Below, piece after piece: positions 26,122 to 38,605 of a stretch of 64,000 nucleotides of DNA. How positions within the stretch are numbered: the first letter of the stretch is position 1; each line of letters starts with the position of its first letter. Location: the NCBI GenBank assembly GCA_973895155.1, contig OZ316892.1:5292510-5356509 (forward strand), given 5' to 3'. Under the pieces are notes generated by a model that saw only the letters and a program-made list of their open reading frames with translations, was not told the DNA's origin and ran no database searches. The stretch comes from Marsupella aquatica. Its lineage: Eukaryota > Plantae > Marchantiophyta. The translations under genes were made by a program, and so were the position numbers.

Positions 26122-28048
26122 TCACCAATAATCTTTACAAGAACAGTCACCATCCTGAAAGTGATGAAAGCGGTTTACATCCCTTACAATGATTGCCGTC
26201 TTCATAATCTTAGCAATCAACTTGATTGCTGTGTGACAATCACCGCACACCCTAAGATTTTTGAAAATATGAAGAGGAGTACGACGAGGTGTATTCATGA
26301 GGCCAAATACAACTGCCAGCTTCTCACTATGGTGCCACAAATGGTCCATTTTCTTCTCCTCATCTAAATCATGCAATACAAATCTCGTGTCCTGCATGTA
26401 CCCTGCCTCCACCATCTGAGCTGAGAGTCTTAGAAGTTCTGCACGAATTTCCACAATTTGAGGATGCTCACTGTCGTCCACTGTAAAAGAGTGCACCTCA
26501 CCACTCAACTCAATCCAAGAGCGCCCCCGCTGCTTCTTCACGTGCTTTTGCTGCCTCTCTTGCTTGACGTTTGCACTCTTCTCCCACTTTCCTGCAGTAG
26601 CATAAATGTTTGAGAGCAGAGTATAGCCTGCAGGATTTCCAGGGTCCAATCGCAAAATCTGTTTGGCAACCTGTTCTCCCAACTCAACGCTCCCATGAAC
26701 TCTGCAAGCCCCGAGCAAGCACATCCAGATAGTGGCATTGGGTTGGCAAGGCATTGTTTTGATCAGCTGTTCAGCTTCATGCAAACAGCCGGCTCGACCA
26801 AGGAGATCAACCACGCAGGCATAATGCTCCACTGATACTGGAATATTGTAAACTGAACTCATCATCTCAAAGAGGTGCTGCCCTTCATCGACTAGGCCCC
26901 CATGGCTACAAGCTGAGAGTAGCGAAACAAATGTGGCGGAATTCAGCTCTAGCCCTTCTTCACACATGCTTCCAAAAAGCGCAACTGCGTCCCTAGCCTT
27001 GCCATGTATGGCATATCCTCCAAGCATGGCGTTCCAAACTATAGAGTCTCGAGTTGAAACTGTTCTGAACACTGCTTCAGAATCTGCTATACTTCCACAT
27101 TTGGCATACATGTCAACAAGGCTACAAGCGACATGGACATCCGAGTCGAAACCAAGCTGAACAATCTGCTTATGAATCAAGCGGCCTTGCTCAAGGGCTG
27201 CTAAGCTAGCACAAGCATTCAATATGCCAACAAAGGTGACAGGATTGGGTTCTATGCCTTCACGATGCATCCGCTGAAATAGTTCCAAACTCTTCCGCCC
27301 CTCCCCACATTTTACATATCCCAGAATCAACGCAGTATAAGAGACAACATCGTGTGTGGACATCTCGTCGAATACTTTCTGTGCGTTTTCTATGCAACCA
27401 CACTTTGCATACATGTCGACGAGTGCATTGCTCACAAAAACATCCCCCTCGAAGCCACTCCGTATGACCTCTGCATGGATTCCTCTTCCCAATTCCAGGG
27501 ATTGTAATCCAGAACAGGCATTGAGAACTGGCACGAAAGTATACTTGTCTGCCTGGACTGTCTCTTGCTGCATTTGGTGGAAAATTTCAAGAGCCTTCTC
27601 ATATTGTCCTGCTTTGACAAATCTGGCAAGTCTTTTGTTCCATGAAAAAATGTTCAATTTGACTGTGCCTGGCGCCATTGCTGCCAGCTCTATTTCTACC
27701 CATGGCGGGTTAAGTTTGTCTACGAGCCAGAGTGATTGCTGCGTCTTTCGATGTTTGAAATCTGGATATCTCGGTTGGGCCTACAACCAGGACAACAAAT
27801 CGACCTCATGAGGATGATGTTAACAATAGGTTGAAGTAAATATGGGAACTGACAATGAAGAGTATCGCCTTGAAATTGTGCATCCGTATAAGTAAAGTGA
27901 TGAATGAAGATGGGATCTACTGCACACCTACCTTCTCAGATCTGTGATCCCACCATCGCGAAGGGTCGGAAAAGAACTCCCGCCAAAGTCTCTCAACGAC
28001 CTCTCTTCGACCTAGCGAAATCCACTCAGCTTTAATAAATCGGTCCAT
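26122..28048 (-). CDS. PLS-class PPR protein with E1-E2-DYW deaminase domain and an N-terminal OSB-type PDF motif (exons 28048-27932, 27780-26122; ~591 aa)
   Basis: ORF 27678-26122 gives (P1-L1-S1)x2-P2-L2-S2-E1-E2-DYW with HSEKLA, CGDCH and terminal DYW. The frame stays open upstream to an acceptor (ttgtag at 27786-27781). A donor AAG|gtaggt at 27932/27931 joins a 39-codon exon in phase 0. The true start could lie further upstream. Confidence 0.9.
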
Positions 28049-29879
28049 TCCTATCTTACATTCCTTTGCCAAAGCTCATGCAGGGTGAAGTCTGGCGCAC
28101 ATTGATCCTCGCGCCCCATGTTGACCTCGTGGGAATTGTGCTGAAGACTATTATCTCTAGATTCACATTATTTTCCTGATCCTCTCGAGTTTTCCAAACC
28201 TCTCATTTGTAAAGACAATGCTCGCTGAGAATCTTTTTGTGGTCATCTCCAAACTTGCAGCTGTCCAGAACTCAACTCCCCATGAGTAGGTCCTAGGTGC
28301 AGTTTGGAAATTCGATTGAACGATGCATCTAGGCTCGAACGCAAAGACAAAGGGTACACCTGCTGATTCTCCGTATGCAGTAACCACCCGTTCACACGTT
28401 CCATTTGTAATTAGATTCATTAGAAATGCTCTCGCCTAAGACGTGTGTGCCCCGTGCGATGTCACCACATTTTAATGAGACCGATGGTTCAAAAAAAAGT
28501 ATGCGGACTCTCAGGTTAATTGCAAATCTCGGTGAGTCTGAATTACCAATGGGCATGAAACCATCGGCGCAGAACGACCGAGCAAACTACAGATGATGCC
28601 CACTATTTATAGACCTCTGTTAAACCATTGAGCAAATGATTCGAGGTAGCCAACTTGATTCACAGCGAAGACGTACTTATCCAACTGCTTTGCTAACCCT
28701 AATAAGTAGAATCGAATTGTGGGCCGAGTGAGTGGCAGAATATCGGAACTCACTCAGAAAGTTCAATCGACTTGCAACTCCGTTGAGTTTTCGAATTGTC
28801 ATCACATATTTCACACGCAGGACCACCTGAAGACCAATGACCCAGATCGAGTAATGTTCTCCCTTAGGCCACTGGCGTCACACCGTTCCAGGGCACCTCG
28901 CTCCTCGCGACAAACGAGCATAGTCTTGGCTGCTACCATCAAAGAAAGAAATCAAATCCGGACCCGTCCCAACATGGCAATTGTTTCAAAGTTGTGGGCT
29001 CCACTGACGAACTTGAAACAATCGTCCTGTTGTTTGTTAAGACCTTTGATTCCCCACACGGCAAGCGAACTCCCAAGGTTTTGACACCCTGGGAATCAGC
29101 TTGAACCTCTGCGGCAAACCTAATCTGCGTTGTTCTCAAAAGCTTTGGTTATTTTACAAATAGTTTCCACTTCTCTGTAACCCGTCGACTGGCTGGGATC
29201 CAAATCAAGCAATCGGACCAGGAACGAAGCATGGGGTTTAAAGGTCTAACCAGTACACCTAATTCGTGAGTAACATTATGGAGCGTATAAAGCAACAGAA
29301 GCTGCCAACAATAAGTGACAAACAGGCGTACTACATAAACCCTAAGAGAAGCCAAAGATGAATCATCAGTCCATATGCGTGTGAAGTTGAGAATAGATAG
29401 TTTTAGCTGTTCTTACTACTCTCTCCAGGAGAGAGTCAAACATTGAGATCTGAGTTGCAAAAAGTTATTACACTCGTGGTCCCTGAGGTGAAAACTACTT
29501 TGCGTTCCCAGTGGGATGCAGAAAATATTGTTCTAACAGAGTTTAAGGAATCTTGTTTGAATCCCCAGCGGGAACCCACTATGCCAAATCACCAAACTTG
29601 ACATCTAATTGATTACTTCTCATGGACTGTCGCAAAGCTCGTGAGGACTCGGTGGCAACAAATCTGATAACCACTTGAAACAAAATTACGCATGGACACA
29701 AAAGAACTGAGCAGAAGGTTGTTGTTTCCAACCTTTAATCCAGTCGAGCATGAATCCTCAACCCCCTATCTACCAAGGATCAGGTTGATGCATTAGGGTC
29801 AAGGCTCGGTGTGCTGTGGTCATTATGGGATATAGATAACGCTATGTGCCGCCTCTAAGGATAGTGTTGCAGGACTTAT

Positions 29880-30165
29880 GAACTCCCTACGTCAACCGAC
29901 TCTCGGGTCACTTGAGAACAATTTGCAAAGGACGCTTCCAGTATAATTCTGCATTCTATCATCAATTCATCGTCAACTATTTATGACTCATTTTACCAAC
30001 AACGCTACTGTGCACGTCAGAGGACAGTATTTCAGAAGTCCGAACTTCCTACCTCAACCGACTCTCAGGACATTCGAAAAACTCTTTACAAAAGACGCCT
30101 CCAGGATGATTTTGCTGTCTATCATCAAGTCATCGTCGTCTATGTGACTCATTTTCCCAACAACC
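29880..30165. repeat. Diverged direct duplication (~125 bp, 162-bp period)
   Basis: aact.cctac.tcaaccgactctc.gg...caaa.gacgc.tccag...tctatcatcaa.tcatcgtc...tgactcatttt.ccaacaac starts at ~29880 and again at ~30042. Confidence 0.75.
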
Positions 30166-30639
30166 TCCGAGTCAGCCAATACACCTTTGGCAACCATTTC
30201 AATTATATGTGACATCCTCTTCTTTGTAAGTGTCAAATGCTTTACATTTATTATTACAAGCAAAAATAACTATAATGATTGCCAGAGGCCTCTAGATATA
30301 GAAATATCCACAACGGAGGACAAGCCTAAGTGCCTGCCTTTAAACTTTTCTGTTCATCCAAGATTGCTGCGAGGTGAAAGCCCTCTTGTATAATTGCTGA
30401 ATACAACATGACCTTTTCGAGAATATTGCTCCGCAATCGTGAAATCTCCATTTCACCCATGCCTCTAGAATAATCCCTATACACTGCTGATTGAAAGAAA
30501 TAGGGCTTTTTGATCAGATGAGGACGTAAACACACGTTGCCACAAAACTGTTAGCATCCAAGTTTCCTGATCTCCCATATTAGTGCCTGAAGGGAAGCTG
30601 TGTGCATCGGGTTTATCTACGATTGTCCGCTACGAGAAG

Positions 30640-31591
30640 TCAAAGTTGGGCATTCTGATTCCCTGTCGAAGTCTCCACACGCAGAGGGAGGACACTAACT
30701 ACAGGAGGAGGCGCAGATGCGGCTGTTTCGACTGCTTTGTTCATCCTGAACATCTGTAGAGGAAGAAAAACACAAACCAAGATAATCTTAGCATGAGTCC
30801 GATCTTTGATATAGAAAACGGCGAAGTCCATAACCTGAAAAGTTGCAGCGGCTTGTTAGGGTTGAGAATGTCAAGTAAGTCCATATAATCATCTAGAAAT
30901 CAGCGCCTTTATTCATGAAGCATGTGCAAGTCCGAAGAAGAGGGGAGAATAGAGATGATTGCTCATTCAGACTAGGGTTTCTGGGACATAGCTGTCTGTT
31001 CGAATTAAAGTGGCAACGGCCACAGCAAAAACAACGTAAAAGAAATGTTTATGCCACAAAGACGAATTAATTTTTCATAAGGTCAAATTGGGGTATAGGC
31101 ATTGCATAAATCCCACCGTCAAAGTCTAGTCTCGCATTCGGCCAAACAGCAGCAAATCAAGAAAGTTTCCAAATCAATTGATACCGGACACAGCAATTTC
31201 AAGAAACAGAGTTGTGAAATAAACACAAGAGTACAAAATCAAATCCAATTCTAACGTCAGATCAATGTTCACACCGTAAACCAATCCACGGCTTGAAGCC
31301 TAAACCCTGATTCCCTCAAACCCCAAAAAATTCTTTAGTTTGCAGAAATCACACCCAAATTCCGAGCCAACAGCAGATCCTCATGACATTTACCTTCTTC
31401 ACGGTCTTCTGTAAGCAGCTCTTGTGTTCATCGTAAGAAGCATTCACAAATTCGTCGATGTGATTGACCAGATCTTTCACAAACCCCTCATTCATATCCG
31501 ACTTCTTCTTTCTGCAGGAAGCCGGAACCGCAACCGTAGGACTTCCCGTTCCTACGGTCTCTTCCTTGCGAGCTTCTGCATTCTCGCTCAT
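30640..31591 (-). CDS. Small conserved plant protein of unknown function (exons 31591-31394, 30753-30640; 103 aa)
   Basis: SCRKKK...F.KDL..HIDEF.NAS.DEHK.C.QKT.KK|MF.M.K...VLPL matches my recollection of a family of short uncharacterised land-plant proteins. Phase-0 GT-AG intron 31393-30754. Confidence 0.8.
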
Positions 31592-33877
31592 CGCAGACAC
31601 CACCAAATCAACGAATTCGGCAACAATTGAAGGGCGATTTCGATCGACGAAAAACCTTTCGCTTAATCTTCGAATCTCTGCACCTTTGAGTTTTCTTCGA
31701 GAGTTCCTTTCCTGGCTGACGGGGTTCCAACGGCGAGCCTCATTCGGTGACGGCGCCGTTCGTGGATTGATCGAAGGGCTTGAGGAGTGGCATGTGTCGG
31801 GGAGGGAAGTCAGGGACCGTCGATTCTCATGGTGTTTTGGCTCTGTTTAGAGCATCGAACGGAGAGAAAAGATGCCGTCGACACCACGTTAGCCCTTGGT
31901 AACGTTCTGGTGCTGTCAACTGTAACTGTGGTAACGTACTCTAGTTGTTTCGTAGACCCTACGAAATGAGAAAACGAGCAATAATTAAATTTTATACAGT
32001 GAACTATAGCTTAATAGAGTACACTCCATAAGCGCTTACCCTTGACTAGTGCATGCCAGCTTGTTCTTCCCATTTTTCTACACAAGATAAGCATTTTTTC
32101 AGCCTTTTTTCTAAGCGCACACTCAGGGCTAAAATCATTGTGCACACTCAGGGCTAAAATCATTTCATTCAACAACAACTTTATAAGCTCTTACCATTGA
32201 TAAATGTTTGTATGCACTTATATGTAAATGCATAAACTCCTGAAATCTCATTTACAGATAAATGTATGCCCATTCTTAGTAGAGTATAGAATGCACATAA
32301 GGAGTGTGGGCACAGAATTAGGGCACTGATATGAGGTATGAGGCTGACTACTCACTGACAAAGGGGTCCATAGCCCATACACATTTAACAAAGGAATCCA
32401 AATGAGGCACACTTATCTATCAGAGCACTTATTATGGGATGTGCGCTTAAGGCACACAACATCTGGTTTAGTGCATGCCAGATCCATCTTCCCCAGAGCA
32501 TGCACTTAGCGAGAGTTCAAAGTACAGCTTTTTCCAAACCTGTTTCCCAAACTGATGGGATTGCTGAGAGGGTGAATTTTGAACATCTTTAATGACAATG
32601 TACTTTAAAATTGAATTTTAAAACAAATAATACTACAGAGTGCCAAAAAGCAAAAGGTGTCTGGTATCAAACTGCCAAAACACAAAAGACATCCAACCAG
32701 GAAACATGATCTCAAAAACTATCCACCCAATCAAGTCCAGGCAACCAAAATGCTGAAACGGCCATCAAAAAGGAGCAAACAAAGTACAAAGAATGGAAAT
32801 CAAAAGAAATATCCATCCAAAGAGGACAAAAACACTAAGCTACACCAAAAAAAAGAGGCAAATACAACCCTAAAATCCCAGGAAGAAGGAGAAAGGGAAA
32901 AAGCAGTACCCCTTCAACAAGAGATATACTTGATGGACCCCTAGATTGGAAAGTCTTATTTGATGGACCCCATGAGGTCCCCTGAGGTTTGGATACATCT
33001 ATCAATCGTCTAGATCACTCGTAGGGTTAAGTAACACTTTGCATTGGGGGGGGGTCCATCACATATATCTTTCCCATTTCACTAGTAGATAACTAATGGT
33101 CCACATCTAGTGTGATAACTAAATCAGCAAGTGAGACAGGGGCCCAGCATATTTTGTAGGGTTTTTTATTTTTAGCCAGTGTGACGAATGTTTGCTTCTT
33201 TGAGGGAGGAGATTCTAAGAATATTCTCTGTCAAATTTTATTAAATTGAATTGTGACCGTCAGATATCCCTAGATTTAAGGAGATCCATTAGATTCTGGC
33301 TAATGGGTCAATGATTTGGTGGAAGAGTGGCTAATGGTGTCAGAAAAATGTAGCGAATCTTAACCAAAAGTGGCGAAAGTTTTTTGGGGAGGTGAAATTT
33401 GGCTAAAATTCGCACTTAAAAAATACGCTGACAGGGGGTCCTACTTTGGGGGGTGGGGGAGAGGGAGGAGCCAACAATACTATACTACCCCTCCTACTTT
33501 AGCTAGGGGCCCCCATTGGGTGACCCATGGGCCACTTCACCCAACCTCTCCAATCCGACACGTTGCAGGAGCAGGTACTCTGGGTTGCTTGGCCCGGACC
33601 ATGATTGTGCCCCTATGCAAAAAGCCCGGCAGGGCCTGGCCCCTGGGCCACTCAGGGCCAGCAAGAGGCAACCCACCAAACGGTCACCAAGAAGATGACC
33701 GCCTGCAGCCAGTCGCCGGCCCCCTCGGCCGGTTGGCCCTCTCTAGTACAAGAACACGAAGAACATCGCAACAATGTGCACGAATTCCTCAAAATCGTTC
33801 CTTTTGAAATGTGATCTTCAATCCTCGGAATCGGAAGCAAGAAATCGGAGCTCTGTGCGATCCAATTCTGAACCGCG

Positions 33878-36435
33878 ATGGCTGCTCTCAGCATTGTTGG
33901 GTCCTCTTCGCCAGTGCTGCTGCGAATTTCTGCTCCTCTCGATGTCGGAGCTGCTTCATCTTCCTCCTCGTCCTCGTTCTCGTCCTCTGCTGCTGCTGCT
34001 GCTGCTCAATTGAATCGCAATCTTGCTCATCTCAAGTCGAACCAGAGAATTGCTTCTCTCGATCGGAGCCCTGGGTTGTTCTCTGGTGTCACTGCGCAAT
34101 TGAATGGAAATCTTGATCATCGCCCGATTAAGCAGAGAGGAGGAGGAGGAGCAGTAGGAGGAGGAGGAGCAGAGCCGAAATGGCAGCAGAATGCAATTTT
34201 GGCAGAGGAGTCGGTGCTGGAGCGGTCCGATGATGCGGAGGCGGGAGCTTCGACGTCGCAAGGGGTGATCGATGCGGAATCGCAGCTCTTCGTGCAGACC
34301 TACGCGCGGGCGCCACTGGTGTTCGTCAAAGGGCAGGGATGCTGGCTGACGGACGCCGAAGGGAAGGAGTACCTGGACATGACTGCCGGCATCGCCGTGA
34401 ACGCGCTCGGTCATGGCGACCCGGCGTGGGTGAAGGCTGTGACAGAGCAAGCGACAACCCTAACGCATGTTAGCAACCTCTACCACACGGTGCCTCAGGT
34501 TTCTGCTCTTCTTCGGCTCTCGTGGTTTCTGAGGGTTGGTTTGTTTTTTGTGCACATTTTTCTGGACGCTCACACTCAGACTCTAGATCACGCTTCGAAT
34601 TTGAGACCGATGTATTATCTGTCACAATTTGAGTCATTTCTTTTCAATTTCTTGTGGTGGCTGTTTCTTTCTTTGAAGACTCTAGGTAAGTGCAGGGGAT
34701 GAAGTGGAGTCCATGCGTGATGATTCCTAAGTTTAGTAATTAAACCAAAACACTTCATGTTCGCTTTTTGTTTAGAAAGGGCGCTATTGAATTTGTGGAA
34801 AATCAAACACCTCGCCTACGCATCAGCTCACAGTTTGGTGCTAGTGTTTCAAGTGAAGACCAAGGCCTTTTAATTCAAATTTGCAGTCACTGAGTCAAAT
34901 GCTTTTTTATTGTATTTCAGGTGAAATTGGCTGAGCGGCTTGTCAACTCGTCGTTTGCTGATCGAGTGTTTTTCGCCAACTCTGGAACGGAGGCGAACGA
35001 GGCTGCGATCAAATTCTCCAGGAAGTATCAACGCAAAGTGCATGGTTCGGAAACCGAGAAAACGGAGCTCATAGCTTTTAACAATGGGTTCCACGGACGA
35101 ACCTTGGGGGCGTTGGCACTGACCAGCAAGATTCAATATCGCGCTCCCTTTGAGCCTCTCATGCCAGGTTTGCGACCCTTTGAGTCCGCTGTCCACCCTC
35201 TCTGGCGAGAAATTCTGTAGTGCTCGTAAATTTCTTCATCTGAATTGTTTATCGTTCTGAGAACTTTTGGGTGGTATGTCATAGGTTTCTCGTACCTATA
35301 CTTAGGTCTCTTGCTTCTAGTACATTCTGTCTTGGCTCCAGTTTAGTGCTTGTACGTAATGCGCAGTGGATTTTTGCTGCTGCATATTTCTTGTCGTTCT
35401 TTTAGCAAGCGCTTCTTCCTTCCTGTACGTTGTATCCCTTGTTCAATTTTGAAGTTCTCTGGCTTGTACATTCAGTTCAGTAATGCTCTTAACCTTTTTT
35501 TTCTACTTCTTTTCCCAACTTTTCCTTCTACGGCTTTCCCCTGACTTCTCGGTGGCTCTCTTGCCTTCTTGTATGTCTTGTCCCACACTCCTTGTTGGGT
35601 TTCTGTGGATTCCAAGTGAATCCCGTATTCTTTGAGACAAATTCCCTTACCTTTTGGTACTTGCTATCCCTTCCCCATTGCGACTCTAAATAAATCAATT
35701 CAATGCAATGCAATTGCAGGTGTTACCTTCATCGAGTTCGGGGATCTGGAAGCAGTAGCGGAGGTAGTCAAGAAGAGTGGGAATGTAGCAGCAATTTTTG
35801 TGGAGCCTGTGCAAGGGGAAGGTGGAGTTTACCCTGCTGTGGCATCATTTCTCAAAGGTCTGAGAGATCTGTGCGATGAGACGGGAACCCTGTTGGTTTT
35901 CGACGAGATACAGTGTGGATTAGCAAGGACAGGAACATTATGGGCTCATGAACCGTATGGAGTGGAGCCCGACATCATGACCCTGGCCAAACCTCTGGCA
36001 GGTGGCTTGCCCATCGGAGCCGTGCTGGTGACGAATGCCGTTGCCTCAGCTATCGCTTATGGTGACCATGGCAGCACATTCGCTGGTGGTCCCTTGGTGT
36101 GCGCTGCAGCTCTTGCTGTCATGGATCGTTTGCAAGAGACTGGGTTTCTCGAGAGTGTGGAGGCGAAGGGAAAGTATGTCGTCAAGAGATTGACTGAGGA
36201 ATTGATCGGGAAGAATCAACATGTAAAGGAAATTCGTGGAGCAGGGCTTTTAGTTGGTATTCAACTGGATGTATCTGCTAATCCTGTGGTGCTGGCAGCA
36301 AGAGAGGAAGGCATGATTTTGATCACTGCAGGGAAAGGAGATGTCATCCGCTTGGCTCCCCCTCTTGTTATCTCCGAGAAAGAGCTGGATCATGCTGTCA
36401 ACATTCTAGTAAAGTGCCTAGATGGATTGTCATGA
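33878..36435 (+). CDS. argD: Acetylornithine aminotransferase, class III PLP enzyme, plastid-type transit peptide (exons 33878-34498, 34921-35167, 35720-36435; 527 aa)
   Basis: [61 protein letters not shown] and the PLP lysine in [12 protein letters not shown]. In-frame GT-AG introns. Confidence 0.95.
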
Positions 36436-36876
36436 TCTTGCTATCATCGGATGGACTTATTTTCTCCCAACAAACTCCGAGAAGTGCCCCTTTTTACGTG
36501 TAGTAGTATGAAGTCAATCTTCAAATATTAAGACAAAAGTTATCTTTTCGTGGAGAGCTAAATATTTTCCATCGAGGATGTTCTGGGTGAACGATTGTAA
36601 TAACCTGCTAAGTGAGTGTCCCAGACACAAGCCACCATTATTGATACGGGAAAGTTATCTGTTCTATTGTACCTGGAATGGTGCTCAAGTACACGCAGTA
36701 TGTGCATAGCTTTAGTTCTGAGGGGATACAGTAACCTTTACTTGCGGGGAACCTCTTGGGGAACTATCTGCCCGAGAATTGGAGGACAAATTGAAACGTT
36801 CGCGAGTTGTTTTCAACGAAAACTTTTGTCTTAATATTTGACGATTAAGCTCATTCCGGAAATTAATGCGGTTTAG

Positions 36877-37000
36877 TTTTGAAAAAGCATTTCTTTGCCT
36901 ACAGTAAGAAGGCAGTTTTGAATAAGCTTTTCTTTGCCTCAAGTAAGAAGGGAGTTTTGAACAAGCTTTTTTTGGCCTATAGTAAGAACGCAATTTTGAA
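36877..37000. repeat. ~39-bp tandem repeat x3
   Basis: ttttgaa.aagc.tttctttgcct..agtaagaag repeated three times. Confidence 0.8.
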
Positions 37001-37589
37001 TATGTTTATGTTTTGAACGGAGAATCGCTAGGCAGATTAGGGACTGTATGACCTGCTAATTCAGGTCATCAATTATATATCCAAACACTACGGTATGTGG
37101 GACAGTTGATAGGCGGCCGAGGGAAGCTTTGACGGCCAATCTGATTTTGAGCTACATAATTTTGCACTCTGATTCATCGAATGTATTGTGACATTGGACA
37201 CTTTCCAATATAAATTCTACATATTCTCGTTTGGTGTTTGTCCACTGTGGCCGGGCCTCTTTGCTTCTGTTTCTTTGTACTTTATTTGGCCTAATTTCTA
37301 AATTGGTCCTTTTTTTCGTTTCTTGTGCATGAAACTTGTATGAAACGTTTCCTCATGGATTTGTGTTCATTTTTATTGGTGCATTTGTTTCCATTTTTGT
37401 TGGACGATTTGGGTTTAGTTCCATGGCTACACTGGCTGGGGCAGACTGGCTGATTGTAAGTCGAGATGCGGGCAGAGTAATCTCATCGCTGAGGTTTTGC
37501 AAATTGAGGAAGCTAGTCACTTACTTAGTAACTTGGCCACGATCAGGCTCGCAAAACAGAATAAACACAGACGCTATATTCCCGTCTGA

Positions 37590-37800
37590 CTTCATTCGCG
37601 ATACATTTGAGATACGGAGGCTTCATTCGCGATACATTTGAGACACGGAGGACAAGGAAAAGCATGGACATTGAATGTGGACAGAATCCATTTGAATGGA
37701 GGACAAGGACAAGGACAAGCATGGACATTGAATGTGGACAGAATGCATTTGAGACACGGAGGACAAGTAAAAGCTTGGACATTGAACGTGGACAGAATTG
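37590..37800. repeat. Compound tandem repeat (31-bp x2 followed by ~55-bp x3)
   Basis: cttcattcgcgatacatttgaga.acggagg twice, then catttga..ggaggacaag...agcatggacattgaatgtggacagaat three times. Confidence 0.85.
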
Positions 37801-38605
37801 GAATTCGGATGAGCAGAGTCACCAGTAAACTTGGAATACGGACTTATTCCAGCCGGTGAGCACTTTTGCGAGTACAGTGTGCCAAACTAAGTCTCTAAGC
37901 TACAAAGTTAGAGAATGAAAGCAGGAATGATACTTCAAGATCCTAGAATTCGGTCCCTACACCTGAGTACTAGTCTGTGTGTAAAACTCCAGCTGACCCA
38001 GGTCTGACGCTGCCGAAACGCTGCCAGACAAGTACATTACTCTCTAAGCTGATTTTGCACTGCCGGCATATTGGCTTTGTCAGCAACACCAGGTCTTTGT
38101 TGACAAGACCCATTGCATTACTCCTAGATATAAGGGTTGAAGCCATTTCAAAAGGCACCTGAAGAACCAAAACAAGTAAAACTGAACTTACAATCCCTCC
38201 AAAATCATGAAGTACCTTATCCCTAATGACATGACCTGACATTGTACAACCTAATAATAGCTTAAACATTACCTGCGCTCATAATCCTCACAAGAAATAT
38301 CAAATTCAGTAAATGTCCACCTGATAGGAGGTGACACAATGCTAACCTAATGGAATTGAATGCTGGTGTAGCTCATGTCAACTGGATTACTCTACAACCG
38401 TACATAGCAGCCGTACACTGCACCCAAATGAAGAGCAAACGGAATCGTCTGGGATTTCTCAATGAGTGTCCAGTAACATCAGGACAACAAGGTTCCCCCC
38501 ACCCTGGAGACAAGAGGGCAATCTTCCCGCTGAAGCCGTATCTCTGATGCCTCCCTCACATGGTGTCTTTGTTCAAAATCGGCAGTCACTCTACAATTGG
38601 AAGCA

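Noticed and set aside
33370-33807. 145-aa ORF upstream of argD
   Set aside because: GTG start in a GC-rich promoter-like region with GGCCC motifs. No homology was recognised.
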